From IMG/VR virus record IMGVR_UViG_3300037585_000579, positions 1-53,136 of that record: a DNA stretch of 53,136 bases; one strand, 5' to 3'. Positions 16,980-25,929 of this stretch are shown piece after piece (the stretch's first letter is position 1; every line of letters starts with the position of its first letter). Source of the stretch: a virus. Lineage: Duplodnaviria; Caudoviricetes. The notes below the pieces were generated by a model. It did no database searches and was not told the DNA's origin. It saw only the letters and a list, made by a program, of their open reading frames with translations. The position numbers were made by a program, and so were the translations under genes.

Positions 16980-19844
16980 TTATTCATGGGTGCTTTTCAA
17001 AGTCTCAACGATTAATTTGCCATTATTATCCGCCCATTCAGATTCGATCATTTTAGCGTCTTTCCGTTCGCCAATAACCATCCAGCTAACCGTATCAGTG
17101 CAAGCATTATCCTGCGCCGTGATGGTGAGCACGTTGCCGGAAACAGAACCTTTCAGAGCGGTCCAGCCGTCTTCGTTCGAAGTGAAGCACTGCACGTCAC
17201 CGCAAAGAACCTCGAAAGTGCCGTCAGTCATGCCCGCCGCAGTATCAATGTTTACGTCCACTGTCCCGGCCACTAGATCGACACGGCCCCGGTAAATCAG
17301 GTCAGCTTGCGGACCTTCGATACTGCTGTGCAGCAGATAGTGCGTATCTGTCTTCGCTGGCAGCGGGTGGTCAATTCTAAAAGTCTTCGTGCCAGCAGTG
17401 AAAGTGCCAGCCACGTTGACTGTCCCGGCGGCGGCAATTGTCATGCGGCTGGTGTCGCCTTGCGTGCGGAAATACATAATCCCATCGGTATCTACAACAT
17501 CAAAAAACATGGATTTTCCACCCGTCGCACCAAGCTGAATAACTCCCATGTTGGTGCCGGAATTTCTGAAACGTACAACGCTTCCCGCATTAGTGCCTGT
17601 TGAATTAAGATTCATGTTCACAGTACCGGCTTCAACATCAACTGTACTTGCAAAGTGTGCTGCTCCTCCTACTGATAATGTAGAAGCAAGTGATACTGCT
17701 CCTGCCACAGTAAGCGTACTGTTAAGATCAACTGCACCCTCCAGTGATGTTGCTCCTGCAACTCTAAGTGTACCTCCAAGAACAGTATTACCACTTACCG
17801 AAACATCATCTTCAAACTCTGCCTTGCCTGTGGTTATAAGTGTACCACCAATAGAAGTATTACCAGCTATATTTACCGCACCTGATACTGATACTGCATC
17901 TTCAAAGATTGCTGCACCAGCTACTGTAACTGTGGATGCAAAGTGTGCTGCTCCTCCTACTGAAAGAGTTGATGCTAGTGATACCGCACCAGCTACTGTT
18001 ACAGTACTTCCAAAGTTTGCTGCACCTCCTACACTAAGAGTAGATGCAAGAGATACTGCACCACCTATCGTTACAGTTCCGCCTATATTAACATTACCTG
18101 ATACCGATACACTATCTTTAAACGTACCGGCACCTACTACAGTAACTGTGCTTGCTAGATTTGTTGCTCCTCCTACACTAAGAGTAGATGCAAGAGATAC
18201 TGCACCTGTAACACTGAGTGTACCACCAATAGAAGTATTACCGCCAACGGCTAAGTTACCACTGACAGATACATCTCCATCATAAGTAATTCCTCCAGCA
18301 GCAAAGAGTGTTCCACCAACTGAAACATTGCCACCGACATCCAGATTACCGCTTACAGACACGCTGTCTTCAAAAATGGCTTTCCCGGCCACTGTGACGG
18401 TACTGGCAAGATGGGTAGCCCCACCTACCGAGAGAGTAGAGTTAAGGCTCACAGCTCCTGCTATGGTCACTGTAGAGGCAAAGTTTGCTGCACCTCCCAC
18501 ACTAAGGGTTGATGCAAGGCTGACTGCCCCACCTACAGTTACTGTACCACCAAGATTTGTATTACCACTTACTGATACGTCATCATCAAATGTGGCGGCT
18601 CCTGTGGTCATCAGAGTTCCACCTACTGAGGTGTTACCTGCTATATCCACATTGCCTGATACTGATACACTGTCTTCAAATATTGCAGCCCCTGCTACCG
18701 TTACAGTACCACCTACAAATAAGTTACCACCTATCGTAGCATTATTTACAGAAATGTTGCCTTCTATTGATGCAGTAATTCCAGTAAGATTAGAACCATC
18801 ACCATAATATGCACTTGCACATACTCTTGCATTTGATGCCTGAATATTTGTACCAGCAATAGTTACTGTGCTTGCAAAATTAGCTGCTCCACCTACACTA
18901 AGGCTGGATGCCAGACTTACTGCGCCACCTACTGTAACTGTGCCGCCAAGATTAGTATTGCCGCTTACACTTACATCATCTTTAAATGTTGCTGCACCAA
19001 CAACATTGAAAGTACCGCTTACTGATACATTACCACCAGCATTTATATAACCTGATACAGAGATGTTTGTGGCAATACCAAGTTCAGCTTCCACATTTGT
19101 AAGATTAGAACCATCACCATAATAGTATGCAGCCGTTACATTACCAACTACATTTATATTTCCGCTTACTGATACATCATCAGCAAAGTTTGCAATGCCT
19201 CCTACACAAACAGAAGAAGCAATATCCAAACGTCCGCTAACTGATACATCATTATCAAACTCCGCTTTGGAGGTAAAGGTAGCTGCACCAGCCACTGCAA
19301 ATGTACCACCAACAGTTACATTATTTTTTAGGGCTGCTACATTCTCTACTGTAACTGTAGATTTAAAAGTAGCTGCACCAACAGCAGTTACTGTACTTTG
19401 TAGTTGTGTTGCACCTGACACAGTTACCGTACTGGCAAACTGTGCGGCCCCACCAACTGATAAAGTAGACTGTAGGTGTGCAGCACCAGCAACTGTGGCT
19501 GTACCGCCTACATAGAGATTACCGCCTACTGTGGCATTGCTTACTGATATATTACCAGCAATCGTTGCAGTTACACCACTAAGGTTTGAACCATCGCCAT
19601 AAAAAGAACTTGCACATACTTTATCATCTACATGAAGACTTCCATCCAAAGATACAGCACCACCGACACCCAACGCACCAGTGATCTGTACTGCATTAGT
19701 AGCTACCTTCAGAGCAGTGTTAGTTCCATCACCTGTCTGCACCGCTTTCAGGGAAGTATTTACACCAGTATTGCTAGTTGAAGAACTAACAAGTATAATC
19801 TGTTTATATGTATTTGATATTAGTTGACTTGTTAAATCGCTCAT
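16980..19844 (-). CDS. Long tail fibre with about 12-aa beta-repeats and a distinct C-terminal domain
   Basis: Dozens of VGGAVSLASTLS / FEDDVSVSGN repeats, three YGDGSNL(S/T) motifs, C-terminal KTFRIDHPL...HSSIEGP. Confidence 0.75.
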   Translation of the reverse strand: MSDLTSQLISNTYKQIILVSSSTSNTGVNTSLKAVQTGDGTNTALKVATNAVQITGALGVGGAVSLDGSLHVDDKVCASSFYGDGSNLSGVTATIAGNISVSNATVGGNLYVGGTATVAGAAHLQSTLSVGGAAQFASTVTVSGATQLQSTVTAVGAATFKSTVTVENVAALKNNVTVGGTFAVAGAATFTSKAEFDNDVSVSGRLDIASSVCVGGIANFADDVSVSGNINVVGNVTAAYYYGDGSNLTNVEAELGIATNISVSGYINAGGNVSVSGTFNVVGAATFKDDVSVSGNTNLGGTVTVGGAVSLASSLSVGGAANFASTVTIAGTNIQASNARVCASAYYGDGSNLTGITASIEGNISVNNATIGGNLFVGGTVTVAGAAIFEDSVSVSGNVDIAGNTSVGGTLMTTGAATFDDDVSVSGNTNLGGTVTVGGAVSLASTLSVGGAANFASTVTIAGAVSLNSTLSVGGATHLASTVTVAGKAIFEDSVSVSGNLDVGGNVSVGGTLFAAGGITYDGDVSVSGNLAVGGNTSIGGTLSVTGAVSLASTLSVGGATNLASTVTVVGAGTFKDSVSVSGNVNIGGTVTIGGAVSLASTLSVGGAANFGSTVTVAGAVSLASTLSVGGAAHFASTVTVAGAAIFEDAVSVSGAVNIAGNTSIGGTLITTGKAEFEDDVSVSGNTVLGGTLRVAGATSLEGAVDLNSTLTVAGAVSLASTLSVGGAAHFASTVDVEAGTVNMNLNSTGTNAGSVVRFRNSGTNMGVIQLGATGGKSMFFDVVDTDGIMYFRTQGDTSRMTIAAAGTVNVAGTFTAGTKTFRIDHPLPAKTDTHYLLHSSIEGPQADLIYRGRVDLVAGTVDVNIDTAAGMTDGTFEVLCGDVQCFTSNEDGWTALKGSVSGNVLTITAQDNACTDTVSWMVIGERKDAKMIESEWADNNGKLIVETLKSTHE

Positions 19845-20116
19845 ATTAGATTCCAATACTTATCTGTTGATCCCCATGCGGTACTGGCCTGACTCCATGT
19901 AATATTACGTCCACCTGTATCAGGACGAGGATTAAGAATAGCTGGATTATCTCTCACATCAGGCACATGATTTTGAGGATGGTTCTCCAAGTCAAACTGT
20001 CCTTCAAAATCTTGTGGGCATACCAACATCCCATAACTGTTCATTTTCATAATACGATGTGGATATACAAACCCACACGTATCGCACATAGCTAGTGCAT
20101 TTTTAGTACTTGCCAT
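19841..20116 (-). CDS. Conserved small Cys-containing virion-cluster protein
   Basis: CDTCGF...VCPQD..HPQ; translationally coupled. Confidence 0.6.
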   Translation of the reverse strand: MASTKNALAMCDTCGFVYPHRIMKMNSYGMLVCPQDFEGQFDLENHPQNHVPDVRDNPAILNPRPDTGGRNITWSQASTAWGSTDKYWNLI

Positions 20117-20790
20117 TAAACATACCGAAGTCTTGGTGTAACTTTCATCACTGCTGTTTCTCTATTCGCTAGTAAAGCTCTGGAAAGTTTTTCTTCATAA
20201 ATAGATTTTAACATTTGAATTCTTGGCATATCTATACCGGGTCTTTTTACTGCCATATTATAAGCAAGACCGCAGGTTAAACACGGTAGAAAACTTTTAT
20301 GTACATCAGCATTTTGTATTGCAGATTTATCTACATCTTGTAACTCACTGACAATTTCCATTTTAAGAACATCTGTAGAATTATCAGGTAAAGGCCAAAC
20401 AGATAATGTAGGATTATTTACTCCTCTACGAAGAGAATACTGGCTTGGTCTTCCTGTTTGTTTTTTATTAGGAATAAGCAAATACTCTTCAGGGGTAATG
20501 CGAGTTAATTGAAGATCTGTATTATCTCTATTTAAAACAACTTCAAGTGCATCTATAGTCGATGAATCTAAAGAATAAGATGTAGTACTTGCAACAACTG
20601 TAACTGAAGAGACAGAAGTACTCCAAAGAAGTACACCCATATTCTGCCAATCTTTAAGCATAAGATTTATAGAACGACGAGCAGACGCAGGTTCATGACC
20701 AAGGGTCTGTTCTCCCCCAATCATTTCTATTGCTTCTTGTATAACCTCATCTATATCAAGGTTAAAATCATATGTACCTGATACTGCCAT
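20116..20790 (-). CDS. Head-tail adaptor / tail tubular protein A-like
   Basis: SARRSINLMLKDWQN, GRPSQY and VWPLPD motifs; position. Confidence 0.65.
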   Translation of the reverse strand: MAVSGTYDFNLDIDEVIQEAIEMIGGEQTLGHEPASARRSINLMLKDWQNMGVLLWSTSVSSVTVVASTTSYSLDSSTIDALEVVLNRDNTDLQLTRITPEEYLLIPNKKQTGRPSQYSLRRGVNNPTLSVWPLPDNSTDVLKMEIVSELQDVDKSAIQNADVHKSFLPCLTCGLAYNMAVKRPGIDMPRIQMLKSIYEEKLSRALLANRETAVMKVTPRLRYV

Positions 20791-20915
20791 TATTCCATAT
20801 CCACCGTAGAGTCACCCCATGCAGAATGTTTACAAGATTCACACCTACATTCACAACTTTCTTTGTCACAATGACAACAACAATTACACTCTTGACATTT
20901 TATTATATTACTCAT
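20790..20915 (-). CDS. 41-aa Cys-rich metallothionein-like peptide (not in ORF track)
   Basis: MSNIIKCQECNCCCHCDKESCECRCESCKHSAWGDSTVDME; ATGA overlap with the upstream stop and TAATG overlap with the downstream start; AGGA SD. Confidence 0.75.
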   Translation of the reverse strand: MSNIIKCQECNCCCHCDKESCECRCESCKHSAWGDSTVDME

Positions 20916-21310
20916 GTCCTATACCTTTTTGTTTTAGCTGCTATTTTTTTTGGCTGCTTCACGAACTGCTTCCCGGCAGCAGTCCCTTTTCTCTTTGCTT
21001 TGGTGGTCGCTGCATATTCCTTTGACGACAGGGACTTGATTGCTTTTTCCGGTAGATAACGCTCTCCGGTTTTGCTGGAGGGTTTGCCTGACTTCGTGCG
21101 CCATTTTTGTTTGCTCCACTTTGAAAGTTTATTAGTAGACTTTTTCTTACCGCTGTATGATCCACCAGAATCTTTGTAATACTTAACAGCAAGCTGCATA
21201 GCTCTGGCAGAGTGCTTACCACCCATTTTACGCTTTGCTCTGGCCTTTGCCGCTGCCCATTTTTTAGGGTCACGTTTAGTAGCTGTGCCGCCTTTCTTAC
21301 GTAGAATCAT
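20912..21310 (-). CDS. Highly basic small protein
   Basis: Lys/Arg-rich; KWSKQKWRTKSGKPS..TGERYLP; coupled to neighbours. Confidence 0.75.
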   Translation of the reverse strand: MILRKKGGTATKRDPKKWAAAKARAKRKMGGKHSARAMQLAVKYYKDSGGSYSGKKKSTNKLSKWSKQKWRTKSGKPSSKTGERYLPEKAIKSLSSKEYAATTKAKRKGTAAGKQFVKQPKKIAAKTKRYRT

Positions 21311-21468
21311 TATCGACCTACTTTTTTCATGGCTTTCTTATGAGCAGCCCCAAAAGTTTTTCCTTTTCTCATTGCCGTTTTCATACTAGACATGTGTTTT
21401 TTAGTATGATGTTTAGAATGTTTTTTAAGTGTAGTCTTTTGTCTATTTGTAAGTTTTTTAGGTGCCAT
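21310..21468 (-). CDS. 52-aa Lys/His-rich protein (not in ORF track)
   Basis: MAPKKLTNRQKTTLKKHSKHHTKKHMSSMK...KKVGR; TAATG coupling at both ends. Confidence 0.75.
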   Translation of the reverse strand: MAPKKLTNRQKTTLKKHSKHHTKKHMSSMKTAMRKGKTFGAAHKKAMKKVGR

Positions 21469-21767
21469 TAACATCTCCATCTTTTACGAGCTTGTCTTAG
21501 TCTGCTATTAGGATTCTTAGCGGCCTTTGGAAACTTCTTCATTTGTCCAGCAGACCTTGCACAGTACGACTTACGTCTTGCTGCACGTTTGCCTGTAGGT
21601 TTCTTTTCAGTTACCGCAGTCTTTAGTTTAGAGCCGGGATTCTGCCTACGATATTTAGCCACACCCTTCTTAGTCATGCCAGCACCAGACTTGGTAGGAC
21701 GCTTCATGCCCCTGCCAATAGTCATGCCCTTCATGTTACTGGGCTTTCTTTTTTTCTTTACTGCCAT
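21468..21767 (-). CDS. Highly basic small protein
   Basis: RRKSYCARSAGQMKKFPKAAKNPNSRLRQARKRWRC; AGGA SD. Confidence 0.75.
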   Translation of the reverse strand: MAVKKKRKPSNMKGMTIGRGMKRPTKSGAGMTKKGVAKYRRQNPGSKLKTAVTEKKPTGKRAARRKSYCARSAGQMKKFPKAAKNPNSRLRQARKRWRC

Positions 21768-21775
21768 AACTATTC

Positions 21776-22429
21776 CTATGGTTTTATTCTAGCTTCAAGT
21801 AAGGACGTAAGACCAGATGTTCTCTGTTTAGCTGCCCCTCTCTGTGCAGTTTCTCTTTCTAAAGCAGAGGGCATTTCTTTAAGATTTTCTTTAGTTGCAA
21901 GTTCAGGCAACATACTTCTCATCTCTTTATCTGCTAACAAATCTAATATACTAAGACCTGCTATAACCGGACCTGATACAGCAAGTGTTGGGGGAAATGC
22001 TGCTCCTAGTCCTGCTGCTAAACCTGCTAGTCCCATGCGTTTAGCCCCAAATGTACCAAGCTGTCTTACAATAGCTTTAGTTGCTTGTTTATTTTTAGCT
22101 TTATCTAATGCTTGTTTTGCTTTCTTACGTCCTTTTGGTGTAAACTTACGACTAACATTAACAGCACCTTTACCACCCTGAAGAGCTAAAGATCCAAGTC
22201 CTGCAAGTTCTATAGCAGTTACAATATTTTTAACAGCTTCAGGACCAAGTTGCTCTCTACCATAGTCTCCCAAAGGATTTTCCATACCCACTGTAACACG
22301 GCCTACATCCAAAGCAGATTGTGTTACAGGAGAATAAGGATCTTGAAAAGCTGGATACATCAACTGAGATTGATTAACCGGACCTCTTTGATCTAGCAGT
22401 CCTCTATTATCTTCTGCAAACCTTTCCAT
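21776..22429 (-). CDS. Hypothetical virion-cluster protein
   Basis: 217-aa ORF with an Ala/Gly/Leu hydrophobic stretch. Confidence 0.65.
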   Translation of the reverse strand: MERFAEDNRGLLDQRGPVNQSQLMYPAFQDPYSPVTQSALDVGRVTVGMENPLGDYGREQLGPEAVKNIVTAIELAGLGSLALQGGKGAVNVSRKFTPKGRKKAKQALDKAKNKQATKAIVRQLGTFGAKRMGLAGLAAGLGAAFPPTLAVSGPVIAGLSILDLLADKEMRSMLPELATKENLKEMPSALERETAQRGAAKQRTSGLTSLLEARIKP

Positions 22430-22431
22430 AA

Positions 22432-23958
22432 TTAATCGTACATCATTGCTACAAGATCATTGCCACGTACTGATGTTTTAATCTTACGTTTAGGTTTACC
22501 TACTTGCCCACCGGCTTTCTTTTTATTTACTTTATATTCTGCACCTCTAATATCACCTAATTTATCAGTAACAAGTGTAGCAAGACCTTCTGTATCTGAT
22601 CGAGGTTGTCCTTTATCAATTGAGCGAGAAGGCTTAATATCATCCATTTCAATAGGAGAATCTACGGAACCTCTACCCATTTTATCTCTAAGTTGATCTA
22701 CTGTAAGCTCAGATAGTTTTTTTTCTTGAAGATCATTTCCTGCTCTTTTTCTAGCAGTTTTTAAATCATCGCCTTGATCAAGATAATCTTGAACTTTATC
22801 CATATAAAACTCTTGCTCTTCTTTATCAGGAAAGCCGGGATCAGCTCGAACATCTAATTTTATTACTGGAGAATTAGGATCTGATGCTTGTCCAACAATA
22901 TTAGGTAGCTGGCTTTCGTCATCTAATCCTTTAGCTGAATCTCTACTTGTTGTTCCTTTAGTAACTGTAACTTTACCAGTATCAGGATCACGTTTTTTTC
23001 TAGATGTTGGTCTTACTTTAACAGGCTCTCCTTTAGCAATTTTTTTTGTTTTAAATATTTCTCTTAATGCTTTTCTATCTTCTTTATTTGTTATTCTCTT
23101 AATTTTTTCTTCTATTGGTTCTTTAAGTGCCTCTGGAATTAAAACAAGTTTTCCATCTTTTGTACCAATTGGCTTTAGTCCAAGTTGTTTTCTTATTTTA
23201 GTTATTTCTTCTATATCTGTTCCTTTTAACTCAGCCTTTTCTAGTTTATTCATAAGTCTTACAAGTTCTTTTCCTTTAGCACTTTTTAAATCAACAGCTT
23301 TAGATCTTGTAAGAGTTGTAGGAGAAAGTTTAGCAATTTGACTAATTATATTTTTTCCTGATGTTGCTTCGGCAGGAACATCAGCTAAATTTTTTCTTGC
23401 TTCTTCTATAGACATGCCTGTTGGTATATCTATAACATCATCACCTGATTCTACTCGTTGACGTTTTATAGTAGCTAAAGGATTTTTTAAAATTTTATCT
23501 AATCTTTTTTCTTGTAGTATTCTATTTTCTTCAGGAGATCTAGTTGCTTTTGGTTTAGTTTTTTGTTTTTCAGATGTTTTAAAAATTAACTCACCATCTT
23601 TAGTTCGTTTTGGTTTTCCATCAGGAGTTAATTTAACCATGTCTTTAGTAATAATTTGAACATTGCCTCCATCATCACGGCGATATTGAATAATCTTTTT
23701 TGAATCAGAACTTTTTTCTGTTACAGGTTTCTTTATAACAGAGGGTTCTTTAGTTTTTGGTTTAATTTGTATGGGAAATTTAATATCTAAACGAGATGCT
23801 TCACCTCTTTTATATGGACCTCCCGGTATCATAGGTGCTAGGCCACGTCTAAGATCTTCCATTAAACGTGGATTAGAAACAGACATAGGTAATTCTTCTG
23901 GAGAATATCCAGCTTTAGCAGCTAATTTTTTTATAAGATATTTTTTAATAGCAGACAT
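22432..23958 (-). CDS. Lys-rich hypothetical protein
   Basis: 508-aa ORF, AGGAG SD, ends ...AGGQV...LVAMMYD. Confidence 0.75.
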   Translation of the reverse strand: MSAIKKYLIKKLAAKAGYSPEELPMSVSNPRLMEDLRRGLAPMIPGGPYKRGEASRLDIKFPIQIKPKTKEPSVIKKPVTEKSSDSKKIIQYRRDDGGNVQIITKDMVKLTPDGKPKRTKDGELIFKTSEKQKTKPKATRSPEENRILQEKRLDKILKNPLATIKRQRVESGDDVIDIPTGMSIEEARKNLADVPAEATSGKNIISQIAKLSPTTLTRSKAVDLKSAKGKELVRLMNKLEKAELKGTDIEEITKIRKQLGLKPIGTKDGKLVLIPEALKEPIEEKIKRITNKEDRKALREIFKTKKIAKGEPVKVRPTSRKKRDPDTGKVTVTKGTTSRDSAKGLDDESQLPNIVGQASDPNSPVIKLDVRADPGFPDKEEQEFYMDKVQDYLDQGDDLKTARKRAGNDLQEKKLSELTVDQLRDKMGRGSVDSPIEMDDIKPSRSIDKGQPRSDTEGLATLVTDKLGDIRGAEYKVNKKKAGGQVGKPKRKIKTSVRGNDLVAMMYD

Positions 23959-23978
23959 GTTTTATCTCCTAATAAAAA

Positions 23979-24155
23979 TTAGTCTTCTACTTTAAAAGAT
24001 TTGCCTTGTTCGTAGTCTTCATCAACTACAACATCCTGTGGCGGTCCCTGAACTTGCGGTCCTTTACGTGCAGCACCATAGCCTTGTCCAGTAGGACGAC
24101 CTACAATATCATCAAGATTGTGAGGACGTTTAATTAGTGTGTGAGGTCCAACCAT
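23979..24155 (-). CDS. 58-aa hypothetical protein (not in ORF track)
   Basis: MVGPHTLIKRPHNLDDIVGRPTGQGYGAARKGP...KVED; AGGAG SD. Confidence 0.7.
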   Translation of the reverse strand: MVGPHTLIKRPHNLDDIVGRPTGQGYGAARKGPQVQGPPQDVVVDEDYEQGKSFKVED

Positions 24156-24374
24156 TTAATTTCTCCTTTTACGGCCTTTAGCCGCCATTGCAGTCATTTT
24201 CTTTTTACCATACTTCTTGCGACCTATATAAGCTGCAAGAGCCTTTGGATTCTTAGCACCTTTCTTTTTAAGATCAGAACTAAGATTTTTAAATCGTTTA
24301 CCACTTCCAAGTTTAGGCTTACGCTTCTTGGGAGCTTTCATAACTTGTTGCCCAATACTGGAGCGATTAATCAT
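24156..24374 (-). CDS. Highly basic small protein
   Basis: KLGSGKRFK...ALAAYIGRKKYGKKKM. Confidence 0.75.
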   Translation of the reverse strand: MINRSSIGQQVMKAPKKRKPKLGSGKRFKNLSSDLKKKGAKNPKALAAYIGRKKYGKKKMTAMAAKGRKRRN

Positions 24375-24846
24375 AGCAACTTGCTACAACCTGTCCACCA
24401 GACATTCTATAAGTTACCTTACCTCCACCCATCTTTTTATACACAGGATGACCATAATTAACCGCTACACCAGAAGCATCTAGTTGTTCTTCCATGGTAG
24501 GACGGCGTTTCATTGATCCAGCCGTTGGTTTAATCGTTGGTACTTTAGGAACAGGAGGTTTACGTTTAGGTTTAGGAACAGAAGCCTTTTTAGCTGTTTT
24601 TTTTGCAAGAGAATTTACTCCACCAGTTCCAGTAATATAATTACCTAATTTAGTAAGAATATTATTATCTGGACGCATCGCTTTTTCTGAGCGTTTATTA
24701 GCTCGTCGTGCTGCTGCATCTACATTCTTTTTAAGAGTTGCTGTTCCAATACGACCTCTGGAAGAATGAAGTGGTGAACGCTTTCCTTTACGTTTATGTC
24801 TTTGTTTAACATCTGAGGTAGATGGATTTGCTGGCTTTGTTGGCAT
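24367..24846 (-). CDS. Basic hypothetical protein
   Basis: Lys/Arg/Pro-rich; ends MGGGKVTYRMSGGQVVASCYD. Confidence 0.7.
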   Translation of the reverse strand: MPTKPANPSTSDVKQRHKRKGKRSPLHSSRGRIGTATLKKNVDAAARRANKRSEKAMRPDNNILTKLGNYITGTGGVNSLAKKTAKKASVPKPKRKPPVPKVPTIKPTAGSMKRRPTMEEQLDASGVAVNYGHPVYKKMGGGKVTYRMSGGQVVASCYD

Positions 24847-25526
24847 TAGTTTGCTCCCTGTAATATAGTGTCAGGACCACCGGCAGGAGATCCCGGATTA
24901 GACATATCATCTTGTCTTGTGCGTCTTGCTTGATTGCGTAATCCATTAATACTTTCATTATATGTTTCCTGCCAGAATGGTACAGTATTCCAATCTTTTA
25001 TGTATATTGTAGCTTCAATCATACAAGCATTAAATAAAGCATTATAACAAAACTCACTAAAATAGTTAGTAGTCGTTACACTTGTTCCTGTGGCTGAAGC
25101 CAAGGCTAAAGGTTTTGACTGTGTTTGAATTTCTGTGGTAATTACTGAAACTGGTGTTGGTACTATTTTAATACTGGAGTTATTAACCCTTGCATAGTAA
25201 CGAGGGTTTCCTGTGGAAACACTTACGGGCCAATAATCGTTTGTATATTCTAGTGTTCTTTGCAGTAAATTTGTTTTTTCCGTACCTGTGCTTACAACGT
25301 AATTTACATTACGAACAATTCTTATTCTATCATTTAAAGATACAGTTGCTGCATTACCGGAAGATACTGAGACAGTATGGAATTCATCTAAACCAAAATC
25401 ATCTAACGAATAAGATAGACGTTGTTCTGCTTTCGTTATAAAGACAGACGTTTGAGTAGCAAATTCTGTTGAATCGTTCTCAGTTGTATTAATAAGGTCA
25501 GCTTTTAGATATGCGTAATTAGGCAT
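24846..25526 (-). CDS. Head-tail connector/adaptor protein
   Basis: FITKAEQR, GNPRYYA, IVPTP motifs; ATG 25526 follows the upstream stop. Confidence 0.65.
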   Translation of the reverse strand: MPNYAYLKADLINTTENDSTEFATQTSVFITKAEQRLSYSLDDFGLDEFHTVSVSSGNAATVSLNDRIRIVRNVNYVVSTGTEKTNLLQRTLEYTNDYWPVSVSTGNPRYYARVNNSSIKIVPTPVSVITTEIQTQSKPLALASATGTSVTTTNYFSEFCYNALFNACMIEATIYIKDWNTVPFWQETYNESINGLRNQARRTRQDDMSNPGSPAGGPDTILQGAN

Positions 25527-25528
25527 GA

Positions 25529-25870
25529 CTAGCCAAGCATAGCAGTTAGAACACAACCATCCGTAGGACCAGAAACACTGACCACACCGTATATTGCAAC
25601 ACCCATGTCTCCGATATAAATATCAGAAGCTTCGTTGGCTGCTACTTGAAACTTAATAGCTGTACCTTCAGCCGTTTTGTTTGTAATCTGACGTTGACCT
25701 TTAATAGAATAAGAGCCAGCCGCTGTTGCCAAAGCATGAATAGCCATGATACGAGTAGTACTGGGAATGTTACTATCAGCAGTACCATTGCTTCCTACGG
25801 TCGTATCATCTTCTACATATTTAAGAACAGCATCACCAGTAGCTATTCCAACTTTAATATTTGTAGTCAT
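25529..25870 (-). CDS. Small structural protein downstream of capsid
   Basis: GGGAG SD before ATG 25870; beta-rich. Confidence 0.65.
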   Translation of the reverse strand: MTTNIKVGIATGDAVLKYVEDDTTVGSNGTADSNIPSTTRIMAIHALATAAGSYSIKGQRQITNKTAEGTAIKFQVAANEASDIYIGDMGVAIYGVVSVSGPTDGCVLTAMLG

Positions 25871-25884
25871 ATTATTCTCCCTTG

Positions 25885-25920
25885 AGAATGAAGAGAGAGT
25901 GGCCGAAGCCACCCTCCCTT
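25885..25920 (-). terminator. Terminator/attenuator hairpin after the major capsid gene
   Basis: Minus strand AAGGGAGGGTGGC-TTCG-GCCACTCTCTCTT followed by a weak pyrimidine tail. Confidence 0.7.
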
Positions 25921-25929
25921 ACTATAGTA

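Noticed and set aside
17548-19515. Long plus-strand ORFs antisense to the tail fibre
   Set aside because: Shadow frames produced by repetitive Val/Gly/Ala/Ser/Thr codons.
16980-19844. Diversity-generating retroelement target
   Set aside because: No reverse transcriptase and no TR/VR pair differing at adenines was seen; the repeats are coding repeats.
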